Both the position numbers and the translations under genes were made by a program. 64,000 nucleotides of DNA from a virus: positions 1 through 64,000 of IMG/VR virus record IMGVR_UViG_3300014720_000019; one strand, written 5' to 3'. Positions 1 to 9,588 of this stretch are shown here, one piece after another. How positions within the stretch are numbered: position 1 is the first letter of the stretch; every line of letters starts with the position of its first letter. Under the pieces are notes generated by a model, which worked only from the letters and a program-made list of their open reading frames with translations, had not been told where the DNA came from and did no database searches.

Positions 1-192
1 AATAGTTAAATTAGTTCCAAGGTCATTGTTGATACTCTCAACAGTTTTTGAATGACCAATGAAGCTAATAACATCAGCATCATCTAGATAAGATAACACA
101 GTCTCTTTACTAGCATAACTAATAAAGATATCCCTATCTTCTTTGGTCCCCTGAAGAGACTTAGGAAGACTATTTAAGAATAGAATACGCAT
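1..192 (-). CDS. DUF1874/AcrIII-1-like cyclic oligoadenylate ring nuclease (5' part; runs off window start)
   Basis: Not in ORF track. Manual translation from ATG at 192 (GGAG upstream): MRILFLNSLPKSLQGTKEDRDIFISYASKETVLSYLDDADVISFIGHSKTVESINNDLGTNLTI; LNS..., S-x-IGH (His47) and IN..LG pattern match the family. Confidence 0.75.
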   Translation of the reverse strand, partial: MRILFLNSLPKSLQGTKEDRDIFISYASKETVLSYLDDADVISFIGHSKTVESINNDLGTNLTI

Positions 193-202
193 TTATTTAC
201 TC

Positions 203-562
203 CTAAAATCCAGGAACCATCATCAAGAAGTCAATCAAGTCTTCCTTAGAAGACATGTTACTGACACTTAACATGCCAGATATATCATCCATACACCAAG
301 ATGACCAACTGCCATCTTGACACAAGTACGCCTCTACTGAGTAGCCCTTGATAAAGACTACTTCAAAGACCTCTTCAATATAGGTCTCAAGCTCCTTTAA
401 AGCCAAAGGATGCTCAGCAGCAACCTCAGCTTTAATTGCATCTAGAGTCCCACTAATAACCCACTGACCAGGGCCAGCTTTAATAGGGGTTAGAGATAGA
501 GCAACAGGTGCTGCCTCACACCCTGGGATAGAACAGTTCCAATCCATTAAACAATAATACAT
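203..562 (-). CDS. Hypothetical protein (acidic, Cys/Trp-containing)
   Basis: 119-aa ORF with AGGAGG ribosome-binding site; co-oriented with cluster. Confidence 0.8.
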   Translation of the reverse strand: MYYCLMDWNCSIPGCEAAPVALSLTPIKAGPGQWVISGTLDAIKAEVAAEHPLALKELETYIEEVFEVVFIKGYSVEAYLCQDGSWSSWCMDDISGMLSVSNMSSKEDLIDFLMMVPGF

Positions 563-772
563 AATTGCCTCCTACAGCAATAAACTTATTAAATTGTAAA
601 ATAAATACTTTAAGCAGTAATGTGTTAAGTATATTACAACTTAACACATTACAACATGTACCACCTGAGCCCCACTGAACCAAATCAGTTTATCCTTAAT
701 TCAATGCATGTTGTATTTCTACAACTACAAAGAGGGATCATTTATTTATTAAAAAGTCCTTTCGTTTGACTA

Positions 773-877
773 TCAGGCCCAACGGTCATAGTTGTCCCAA
801 TATTCAAACGCCGTCTCAAAGTCAATATTCTCCAACTCTAATTCGGTTTTATATAAAGTCAGATCTGTTGCCAACAT
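773..877 (-). CDS. Small acidic peptide (34 aa)
   Basis: MLATDLTLYKTELELENIDFETAFEYWDNYDRWA; GAGGGG upstream; GGCCCTTTT element copy at 934-948. Confidence 0.5.
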   Translation of the reverse strand: MLATDLTLYKTELELENIDFETAFEYWDNYDRWA

Positions 878-933
878 ACAAGTATCCCCTCTATATTTAC
901 AAACAAAACAACATCCATCACCTCTTGGCACCT

Positions 934-948
934 CTAATGAAAAGGGCC
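934..948 (-). promoter_or_regulatory. Variant copy of early-cluster element (GGCCCTTTTCATTAG)
   Basis: Plus strand ctaatgaaaagggcc. Confidence 0.45.
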
Positions 949-1175
949 AGCTACTACTTTGAATGTGTAGGCTGTGGGTTTAGTTGTTGTTATATAAAAA
1001 CAATGTAGACAATACATATTTATACTGTCTACATTATTGGCTTTTGTTAAGTTCAGGTGGTCCCACCCTAGCTTACACGTTACTACTTCAGCACATGTCT
1101 GTCCTACTGTCCTGTTGTAGGTGAGCTAATATAATCCATAACATCTGACATGACATTATGGATTATATTGGACAA

Positions 1176-1970
1176 TTATACTACAGCCTTCTTAGAGCGT
1201 GTAGTTTTAGCTGGTTGCTCAGCGCCTGCAACACTAGCACTCATAGCACTAGTAGCAGGTGCTTGTTGTGCAGTTTGATTGTTGCGCCATTGTTGAAGAC
1301 CAGCTTCTTGCTTACGGCGATGCAAAGCAGCAGACTTAGCAAGTCTAGTCTTAAATGCTTCCGCATCAAGACCCTTGTGGGGATTTTTAGCTAGAGGGTC
1401 CCAACTTGTTTCTGAGCCTATAATCAAATGGCTTTCAATATAGAATTTGAAAGCATCTTCTTTTACAGTCTCATAGCCAGCAGGAATTGCTTCTCCTCTA
1501 ACTACAACGATCTCATGTCCATCAGCATTGACTGCCAATCTACCATTAACACCATCAAGATTCATGATAGTATCAATCTCAATCATTGGATATTTATCCT
1601 CAGATTGAAAGTAAGATTGTGGAATAAAGACACTGACCTTGAAAGCACCCATGCCCTTGCTTCTGAGTCTATTCACAGTATTGACCGATTCATAAGACCA
1701 AGCTGTGAACTCTGACTCTAGCTCCTGTGGCAAAGGGGAAGCACCATTCTCAGTACTAGCCAAACGGCAGCTAGTAAGATAGAAACCCTGAGACTGAGTG
1801 AAGGGTGCATTTCGGTTGAAGAAAACATCAAAAATGTAGCCTGGTTGAGCTAGCATCTCTTTCTGTTTAGCCAACTTAGCGGCCTTCTTTGCCTCCTTAG
1901 CCTGCTCAATAGCTGACTCCTCAGCAATCTGAGAATCAAGGTTTTGCAATGCTTGAGCGATTAGTGACAT
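1176..1970 (-). CDS. Hypothetical early protein with Ala/Lys-rich termini
   Basis: 264-aa ORF, codon usage like neighbours. Confidence 0.85.
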   Translation of the reverse strand: MSLIAQALQNLDSQIAEESAIEQAKEAKKAAKLAKQKEMLAQPGYIFDVFFNRNAPFTQSQGFYLTSCRLASTENGASPLPQELESEFTAWSYESVNTVNRLRSKGMGAFKVSVFIPQSYFQSEDKYPMIEIDTIMNLDGVNGRLAVNADGHEIVVVRGEAIPAGYETVKEDAFKFYIESHLIIGSETSWDPLAKNPHKGLDAEAFKTRLAKSAALHRRKQEAGLQQWRNNQTAQQAPATSAMSASVAGAEQPAKTTRSKKAVV

Positions 1971-2040
1971 AGTATTTTTGTCCTTAATTAATAAACAACT
2001 TACACTTTTAGCAATAGGTTAGTATCACCTACATGCTATT

Positions 2041-2111
2041 AGTAATAAGTAAGTATATATTAGTTATATCTAATACATAGTTACATACTTCAGTAATAAG
2101 TAAGTATATAT
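2041..2111. repeat. 20-bp direct repeat AGTAATAAGTAAGTATATAT x2
   Basis: Copies at 2041-2060 and 2092-2111. Confidence 0.85.
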
Positions 2112-2327
2112 AAGAAAAAGAAGACAACGAAGTTGTTCAAAACTTAGGGAGGAACCTAGCATTATTGTTTACTTATATATGCTACTGGAGTTGCAATCAT
2201 ATATTAGCTATTAGTAATTATATAAGTGTTCACCTAAGCTACTTACGTTATATAACCACTAATAATTGCTAATATAAATGCAATTTTTCACTATAATGTT
2301 CAACTAAACTTGCTAGTATTAATAGCT

Positions 2328-2352
2328 AATAAAAGGGGCCAATTAAGGCCCC
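2328..2352 (-). terminator. GGGGCC/GGCCCC hairpin + T-tract after RNAP gene (copy of early-cluster element)
   Basis: aataaaaggggccaattaaggcccc directly after stop at 2361. Confidence 0.75.
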
Positions 2353-2360
2353 AGTTATTA

Positions 2361-5300
2361 CTAGATAGAAGCTAATAAGACTTTATTAGCTTGCATCATA
2401 AAGTTGATGCCATTTCTATACATCTTATTCATCCAGCCATCTTGAGGAAGAAGCTTAGTATGATATTCATGCTTAGAAACAAGCTTCAAACAAGACATAT
2501 ATTCAGTGAACTCATCACCCTCTTCAACACTGATCAACTCAAGACCAGTAGAAGGATCAAAGCCTCTACCCATATGTCTAAACATACCAATCATTGCAAT
2601 TCTGCAAAGCTTAAAGTCATCCACCTTCTCAATCTGTTCAATGGTCAACTCATTCCTGTCCAACTTGCCATAACGCATTCTATAGTAGTTAAAGTCACAG
2701 ATGATCTCCATAACTTGCTGCCAATCAGAATCCTTAGTAGGCAAGTCTAATGCATCAAGCATATATTCAATAGCATCATATAGAACAACATTCTTGTCAT
2801 CCTTCACAGCAATTCTAGGAAGAATAGAACCATCTTCAGCCTTAGCATATGCATACAACGGACCGTTAGGAACCTTATCATACATAACAAGGCTAGCAGC
2901 TCTCAACACTTCAAAGAACTCAGCAGCTTTAGCACTATAGCCAGATAGACCAAGACCTTCATAGATCAAAGTCCAAATGACTAAAATAGCCTTCTCCAAT
3001 AAGTCCATTCTAGTAAAAGACTCATCATAAGACTTAACAGCAGCCCAGCAAGTAATAGCACTTGCAATACCATAGCCAGTACCAACAGAGTACATGTAGT
3101 GATTACTAGTCTTAACATGAATACCCGCTAGCCCAACATGACCATACTCAGTGTTAAATGCAAACTCCTCAACATCCTCATGAGGCAAGAAAGAAGCATA
3201 AGCAAACCCAGCAGGTCTAATCAATTTCTTCTTAGCAGGAGACTCAATAAAGTCACTGAAGGGCAGCTTAGAACTGGCATAAACAGTCTTATAACCAGTG
3301 AGACCTACAATAGACTTGTTAGCAGCAATAGCATCAGCAATAGTCAACCCTCTAATAGAACAGTTGATCAAGCCAATACCATCACCATCAGAGTCACCGC
3401 TATTACCTTGAGCCCAAATACAAGGAAGAATACCAACATGACTTGGTTCAATCTCATTAGTAATAACAAGCTTACACATAGCTGGCATAAACATAGGAAT
3501 CCGTACAGCAGCAACAATAGTACCATTAAGCAAAGAAGGATCAAAGTACTTAACCTCATAGCCTTCTGCTTTCAAGTTCTTAGTGCTAACTTCAATGCAA
3601 TGCTCGGGCATTACAAAGTTAGTCTTGTAATCATCCTTGTTGTCAAAGTACTTAGTAACAAGATACTTCTCATTCCAAGTCTTATCAGCATTCTTAGCCA
3701 ACAACTTAGCCATACCACAGTCAGGATTGACCAAAGCTTTAGGCAACCCATCAGTATCAGGAATCAAAGACAAGTTGTACACAGTTCTAACCTTGCCGTT
3801 GACAAGACACTTAGAACTTCTAGACAACTTCTTAATAATACCCTTGCTTTGTAGACCAGCAATCAACCAGCCCCTTAAGCTATTAGAAAGCTTAAGAACA
3901 GTAGCGTTAATCTTACTGTCAATACCACTAATGCCTATGGTTCTAACGGGATCAGCAAAGAATCTAATAGCGCCTACAATCTCTTGAGAGATTTGATCAG
4001 CAGTACCACCGATAAAGGTCATGGTCTTATTAACTGTAGACCAATCAATGAGCAACTTAGAGTTGTTAGATTGACCATTAGAAGTGATCATCAGACCATC
4101 AGGAAAGATCTTTGCCATAATATTACAAACTTGTCTATCGTCCTTACCGTTGAGATTAGGAATGATAGCTTGAAATGCCTTCAATTGTTCAGTGTCTTGA
4201 GCATTAAAGACATAGGTCTCATCATAGATCTCATAACTAGCCATGTCTAATAGACCTTGCAAAGCTTGTCTAATAGGTAAGGCTTCAGAGTATAAAGCCT
4301 CTACAAGCTTAGGACTAATCAATGACATACCCGCCATCATCTCAGGAGTAAGATTAGACTCGCCAACAGACTCATCAGCAGTAGAAATCTCAAAGTTCAA
4401 TGGCATATAACCAACAAGAACTTCAATGTCTTCTTCCACAACAACAGCACCCTTGCCAAGGTCTTCAACAAGCCGCCACTTAAAGTCAAATCCATTGCCA
4501 GTATTAACATCATAACCAGCAGAAATAGCAGACTCCAGAGCAAATTCATAGTGCGTTTTAGGCATAGTAACTTGCACTTTCATCTTCTCAGTAGTCTTAT
4601 TAACCCATTCAGATACAACGTTCTTGGGATTCATCAAGTCAGACTTCTTGACCTTACCATTGTTGTAAGTAATCACCATTCTACAACCATCATTATCACC
4701 TTCAACAATAGCAGTTTTGATGCTTGCATTAGAATTAGCAAACATTACAAGTTCTGCAACATTGCCCTTTCTAGTCTCATTGTTGTAAATGATATCAGCA
4801 GGATAGCCAACCTCATTACCATTAGCATCAAACCACTTGTAGTTAGGAGAAACAACCGTAGTAGCTTTGAGGCCAGCAGTTCTGAACTTAGCAAATTGGA
4901 CTTGCTTTACAGCCTTCACCTTCAATTGAATCTTGCAGTGACTAGGGCGATAACCATTCTTGCTCATCTTAGGAGGCTTAACCTTGTAACCAGTTACAAT
5001 AAAGAACTGATTATGAGTGTTGTTAGTAAACAATGGCTTGATGTTGCCACTACCATAATCAAACACAGCAATAGTCTCGCCAGGGCCAAACACCTTGTCT
5101 TGAGGAATAGCTTCCAATACATTCTCAATGTCATTCAAGAACATAAAGAAGTTAGCATGGTCTTTAGTAATACCAGAGTTGTACTTCTCCCACACTTCAC
5201 CAGTACAATCATTGAAGTTAATCAACGTAGGAATAGACTTGTCTAAGCCATAGTAAGCAGCATACTCAGGATTCATAACAGCAACACCACTGCCACTAGA

Positions 5301-6572
5301 GATGCTACCATCAGTCAATGCAATCTTGACCATCTGACCTTCCATCATACATGCCTTACCAGTAGACATGATCTTAGTGCCAAACTTAGATTCAACCCTA
5401 GTAGAAGATAGAGTACCATCAGGATTAGTCTGACACAAATCAGAGCCTTGATATTTGAAAGACTGAGTGATTCTATTCAACATCTTGGCACCAACTTCAA
5501 TGACCTTAGTCTTCTTGTTGGCTTTAGCACCAGTATCATTGATGGTAAATTGACCCTTCTGAGTCTTAGTAGATCCATCCTTGCTCTTATAAGAAACAGT
5601 ACCACCAAAGATACCACAAGCATTAGCAGCATCATCATTGTATACAGTCTTAGAACCAACCTTATCCATAAGAATAGTGTTGCCCCATTCAACTTTAGCA
5701 GTCTTGATCTTGCCGTTGGTCATAGCATAGAAGGGAAAGCCCATGATTTGTCTGCCAGGATTATACATAAACTTTACACCCTTAGCTTGGCCCTTCTTCA
5801 AGTACTTGTTGCTATCATTGGCAACAACACCATAGTTCTGCTCTTCATCCCACAAAGCAGGAATAGAGTTGATGATACCTTCACCCTTCCATAGACCATC
5901 ATGACCAAGCTTTACAATCTCAGCACCTAGCAAGAACAGGAAGCCAGAAGTACCAACAGTTATTGCATCAATGGCAACTCGCTTAGTAGCTTGTTTAGTA
6001 GTATTACCAACCGTAAATTCACCAGTTGCAAAGTCAAGTTCCAAACCACCATAGTTAGCAGCATATGTGACTTTAGTACCTTCCAACTCGATACCATAGC
6101 TCAAATAGCTAAACATCTTAGCTAGAACATCTGGAGACAGAGCAGATAGTTTAGCAGCTACTTGAGCCATAACAAAGTTAGGAAGATCATCATGCTTAAC
6201 AGCAAGAACACCTTCCAAGTCTTCAACAGACGCATCTACAAAGTAGACAAGATCATCTTCAAGGAGATCATGATAAGACATATCTTCAATAGGAAGATAA
6301 CCATCAGATGTAGTCATGCTACCAAATCCTTTAACCACACCTGAAGCTGCCATCACACAACCACAAGCATGAAGATAAGTCAACAGAGGACTTACATTAA
6401 GCTTAGAAGGACCTGAGGGTAATACATAGTTGAGTTCTTGAGTCTCAATTGCAAGGCTAATGTTTTCAGAGGCAAGGTAGTTAGCTAGATCAATGTGAAG
6501 ATCATTGTCTTCATCAACTTGGAAGTTGAGAAGGAATGATAGAGTTGCTTCAAGGCCTTTTAGATTGGACAT
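2361..6572 (-). CDS. Single-chain two-barrel (double-psi beta-barrel) DNA-dependent RNA polymerase, probably non-virion
   Basis: 1403 aa; beta-like motifs AKFRTAGLKATT and PADIIYN, then beta'-like VRIPM and catalytic GDSDGD (3381-3395) in canonical order. Confidence 0.8.
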   Translation of the reverse strand: MSNLKGLEATLSFLLNFQVDEDNDLHIDLANYLASENISLAIETQELNYVLPSGPSKLNVSPLLTYLHACGCVMAASGVVKGFGSMTTSDGYLPIEDMSYHDLLEDDLVYFVDASVEDLEGVLAVKHDDLPNFVMAQVAAKLSALSPDVLAKMFSYLSYGIELEGTKVTYAANYGGLELDFATGEFTVGNTTKQATKRVAIDAITVGTSGFLFLLGAEIVKLGHDGLWKGEGIINSIPALWDEEQNYGVVANDSNKYLKKGQAKGVKFMYNPGRQIMGFPFYAMTNGKIKTAKVEWGNTILMDKVGSKTVYNDDAANACGIFGGTVSYKSKDGSTKTQKGQFTINDTGAKANKKTKVIEVGAKMLNRITQSFKYQGSDLCQTNPDGTLSSTRVESKFGTKIMSTGKACMMEGQMVKIALTDGSISSGSGVAVMNPEYAAYYGLDKSIPTLINFNDCTGEVWEKYNSGITKDHANFFMFLNDIENVLEAIPQDKVFGPGETIAVFDYGSGNIKPLFTNNTHNQFFIVTGYKVKPPKMSKNGYRPSHCKIQLKVKAVKQVQFAKFRTAGLKATTVVSPNYKWFDANGNEVGYPADIIYNNETRKGNVAELVMFANSNASIKTAIVEGDNDGCRMVITYNNGKVKKSDLMNPKNVVSEWVNKTTEKMKVQVTMPKTHYEFALESAISAGYDVNTGNGFDFKWRLVEDLGKGAVVVEEDIEVLVGYMPLNFEISTADESVGESNLTPEMMAGMSLISPKLVEALYSEALPIRQALQGLLDMASYEIYDETYVFNAQDTEQLKAFQAIIPNLNGKDDRQVCNIMAKIFPDGLMITSNGQSNNSKLLIDWSTVNKTMTFIGGTADQISQEIVGAIRFFADPVRTIGISGIDSKINATVLKLSNSLRGWLIAGLQSKGIIKKLSRSSKCLVNGKVRTVYNLSLIPDTDGLPKALVNPDCGMAKLLAKNADKTWNEKYLVTKYFDNKDDYKTNFVMPEHCIEVSTKNLKAEGYEVKYFDPSLLNGTIVAAVRIPMFMPAMCKLVITNEIEPSHVGILPCIWAQGNSGDSDGDGIGLINCSIRGLTIADAIAANKSIVGLTGYKTVYASSKLPFSDFIESPAKKKLIRPAGFAYASFLPHEDVEEFAFNTEYGHVGLAGIHVKTSNHYMYSVGTGYGIASAITCWAAVKSYDESFTRMDLLEKAILVIWTLIYEGLGLSGYSAKAAEFFEVLRAASLVMYDKVPNGPLYAYAKAEDGSILPRIAVKDDKNVVLYDAIEYMLDALDLPTKDSDWQQVMEIICDFNYYRMRYGKLDRNELTIEQIEKVDDFKLCRIAMIGMFRHMGRGFDPSTGLELISVEEGDEFTEYMSCLKLVSKHEYHTKLLPQDGWMNKMYRNGINFMMQANKVLLASI

Positions 6573-6582
6573 AATAGTTGAT

Positions 6583-6651
6583 AGTGAGTTTGCTTAATGT
6601 TTATTGTACTTACATAAGTACAATAAAAGGGGCTTTATTGCCCCTTTTATT
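6583..6651 (-). promoter_or_regulatory. Early-cluster element upstream of RNAP gene
   Basis: GGGGC/GCCCC hairpin with TTTTATT, overlapping TTATTGTACTTA/TAAGTACAATAA hairpin, AACTCACT at 6583-6590. Confidence 0.7.
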
Positions 6652-6660
6652 AATCAGCTA

Positions 6661-7842
6661 CTAAACCATAGAAGACCTTCTAGGAGAAGATGCTTTAGGC
6701 TCATCAACAGTAGTCTCAACAGACTGTTGTTGTACTGTTGTCTTAGCAGTGTTAACTGCACCTGCCATACCCTTAATGTTGATAACATCATTAGTGTACT
6801 CAACATCAGAATACTTGTCTTGCATATCCATTAGATATGCCTTGCAAGTTAATAAAGACCAGCCAGGGAACTGAGTAGATTTAGCAAGCTCTTGAAGTTT
6901 AGCTTCAACAAACTTGTTCCACTTGCCAGCTTCCAGTTCAGCTTCAAATGCAGTTTTGGCATTAGCAACCGCTTTATTACCAAACTGATTCTTAGCCTCG
7001 ACCTGCTTCTTCATACCATCAACAGAACCAGTGCCATTGATCTTCTTCTGTAGATTAATAACAGAAGAAACAGAAGAAGAGAAACTGCTAACTGCAATCT
7101 CATTCTTGTACTTAGGTGTGTAGAAAACACCTTCATTCCAAGTAGCTGCAACAACAACAGTTTCAAAGAAACGACCATAGACAGGTTCACCATCTTTAGG
7201 CTTTAACACCTCAACAATATCACTGCACTTAGCAGTGCCATTAGGGTTAGCGCTGAGAACAAAGAAGATGCTCAAGCTTTTAACTTGACCAGCAAGAGTC
7301 TTAGCACCCAACTGTTGAACAAAAGACTTGTCCCAATGAGCACAGTTAAACTCAAATACAATCTCACCACCAACATTATTGTCAGCAGCAATTGCTTGCC
7401 AAGCTTCAAAGTCAATATTCTCATTGACAACAACAGACTGCATAAGAGCCTTCTTAGCAGTGTCATTCAGCATTGGCAAGCGCTGTTGCAACTCTGCCAA
7501 TTCATCATCCTCACAATCTACCAACTTGTAGACAGTAGTAGTACCTTCAGTGATGTATTTAGGCTCACCATCCTTCAAAGTGTAACCCATTGGCATGAAC
7601 TTCATGAAAGCACGATCACCTTCATTAGTAGAAGTAAAAGCACCACCAATGGTCTTCAATGCAGATTTAGGACCAAATGCAACCTTCTGAGAGAAGTTTA
7701 CATTGACAGAATAGACTTTATGACCATTCAGCACAGCTTCATAGACCTCGTCCATTGAACCAAAGTTCAAAGACTTCTTAGGCTTAGAAGTAGCCTTGGT
7801 TTCAGACGCGTTATTAGAAGCAGCCTTGTTAAATAAAGACAT
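6661..7842 (-). CDS. Hypothetical protein immediately upstream of RNAP
   Basis: 393-aa ORF with highly biased codons; no motif recognised. Confidence 0.85.
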   Translation of the reverse strand: MSLFNKAASNNASETKATSKPKKSLNFGSMDEVYEAVLNGHKVYSVNVNFSQKVAFGPKSALKTIGGAFTSTNEGDRAFMKFMPMGYTLKDGEPKYITEGTTTVYKLVDCEDDELAELQQRLPMLNDTAKKALMQSVVVNENIDFEAWQAIAADNNVGGEIVFEFNCAHWDKSFVQQLGAKTLAGQVKSLSIFFVLSANPNGTAKCSDIVEVLKPKDGEPVYGRFFETVVVAATWNEGVFYTPKYKNEIAVSSFSSSVSSVINLQKKINGTGSVDGMKKQVEAKNQFGNKAVANAKTAFEAELEAGKWNKFVEAKLQELAKSTQFPGWSLLTCKAYLMDMQDKYSDVEYTNDVINIKGMAGAVNTAKTTVQQQSVETTVDEPKASSPRRSSMV

Positions 7843-7858
7843 AATAATATTCTCCGTT

Positions 7859-7922
7859 GGCCCTTTTGTTTAATAAAGTGAGTTTTGGGCCTAAATAAAA
7901 GGGCCAGACACGGCCCTTTTAT
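7859..7922 (-). promoter_or_regulatory. Early-cluster double-hairpin element
   Basis: Minus: GGCCCTTTTATTTA GGCCC AAAACTCACTTTATTAAACAAAA GGGCC ... ATG. Confidence 0.75.
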
Positions 7923-8061
7923 TATAATTGATTACTATAAACTCAGGGAGTATTTATAGTAATCAATAATGTATTAGTCTATTGAAGATGTTTAGGAATA
8001 ATAAGCTTATTCTGTTTACAGAAGGTATAAAGATCAACTTTATCACCATTTACTGTCCACT

Positions 8062-9552
8062 TTAAACCTTCTTCTTAAGTACAGGTTTAGCAGCAACCTT
8101 TAAGTACTTAAAGCCGTTAGGGTCATCTGCTATATAATTGATATAGGGATTATTAGCGCCCTTTCTACCCCCATAATTCCTCAAGAAGAAAATACCTTTA
8201 ACTTTAGGAAGTTTGCCCTCCTCTTCAATTAAAGTTAGACCTGCCTTTTTAGCAGCTTCTATATAGGGAGCATACTTAGTAAGACTCTCTGCTAACACCG
8301 CAGCTTGTCTCTCCTTTTCAGCTTTATTCCTAGCAGCAATGTCAGCCTTCTTCTTAGCTTCTGCTTCTTTAGCTTTCCTATTCTTATCAAGACAAGATTG
8401 AATCTCCTGTCTAATAAGATTAAGATTATAAGCATCATCTACTGGCATATAGAAATACACATTATCCCCATATTCATCCTTATAAGATGCCAAGTATTTA
8501 CCTTGAGTATACTTCCAACTATCAAAAGTAACTCCTAATGAGTTGGCCACAGAATGAGCCCAATTATCACATTGGTGTTCCATTCTGTATAGCCAAGGAA
8601 TATACTCTGTAGCTTTTGGGTTCTCAGAATTATATAGAATTATATCTTTATAATTCTCCTTAACCCAAGCATCAAGAGTATAAACACTAACAGCATATTT
8701 ATACTCTTGATTATACTGTTTATAGAAGTGATAATCATTAAAAACCTCTAACTTTAACTTGTTGATATAAGCTTCAGCCTTTTCAAGACTATCAACAATA
8801 AAAGTTGTATCTTTATTGATTACAGATCCATCTTTTAACTTCAAGACCTTCTTTTGAAAAGTCTTAATATAAGTTTCACTAAAGCTTGTAAAAGCGTCAG
8901 CAAAACCATCCCCAGATGAACCTCCATATTTTTCAGTAACTTTACAGGAGGAAGGAGTATCAATACATAATATTGCTCCACTAAAGTGCTCATCAACTAT
9001 AGCTTGATAATCCTTCCATACTTGAGGATACCAGTCTTTATCAAGCATTATCTCTTTAGCCTGAGCAATTAAAGCCGCTTTAGTATCAGCTTCATCTTTA
9101 ATAGCTTTCAACCTCAAAGCTTCAGCCTCTTCTTTGGCTTTAATAGCAGCTTGCTTCTCCTGCTCTTCTTTATATAGAGCATCAACAAGAGACTTATCTT
9201 CAACGTATGTCTGCCACACCAATTCAGACTCATGTTGAAGAAACCACTCTTCAAACCTTATATTCTCCTCATCTTCATCAAAGAAGAACCAACCATACTC
9301 ATCAGAGTCATAGGCTGTATGCTCTAAATGTGAAGGTATATTAGCATAGATGCTACCATCTTCTAGCTTATATAGAGTATAAGTACCCACATCAATCATT
9401 GTTTTGAGTGCTTTATTAGCATCTTTAACAATGATACTTGCTTGTTGCCATTCACCCTCAACAGTGATATAGCAAGTTACATTTTTGATATTAATCATAG
9501 AATTAATCTCCATAAACTTAGGTTCTAATATAGTAGTAATACTATCTATCAA
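8062..9552 (-). CDS. Hypothetical protein with coiled-coil segments
   Basis: 496-aa ORF; start uncertain. Confidence 0.85.
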   Translation of the reverse strand: MIDSITTILEPKFMEINSMINIKNVTCYITVEGEWQQASIIVKDANKALKTMIDVGTYTLYKLEDGSIYANIPSHLEHTAYDSDEYGWFFFDEDEENIRFEEWFLQHESELVWQTYVEDKSLVDALYKEEQEKQAAIKAKEEAEALRLKAIKDEADTKAALIAQAKEIMLDKDWYPQVWKDYQAIVDEHFSGAILCIDTPSSCKVTEKYGGSSGDGFADAFTSFSETYIKTFQKKVLKLKDGSVINKDTTFIVDSLEKAEAYINKLKLEVFNDYHFYKQYNQEYKYAVSVYTLDAWVKENYKDIILYNSENPKATEYIPWLYRMEHQCDNWAHSVANSLGVTFDSWKYTQGKYLASYKDEYGDNVYFYMPVDDAYNLNLIRQEIQSCLDKNRKAKEAEAKKKADIAARNKAEKERQAAVLAESLTKYAPYIEAAKKAGLTLIEEEGKLPKVKGIFFLRNYGGRKGANNPYINYIADDPNGFKYLKVAAKPVLKKKV

Positions 9553-9588
9553 AGTACTAATAACTATACTATTATTATCTATAATCTA

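Noticed and set aside
766-1008. 80-aa plus-strand ORF
   Set aside because: Opposite to cluster orientation, weak start; overlaps the better-supported minus-strand peptide and element
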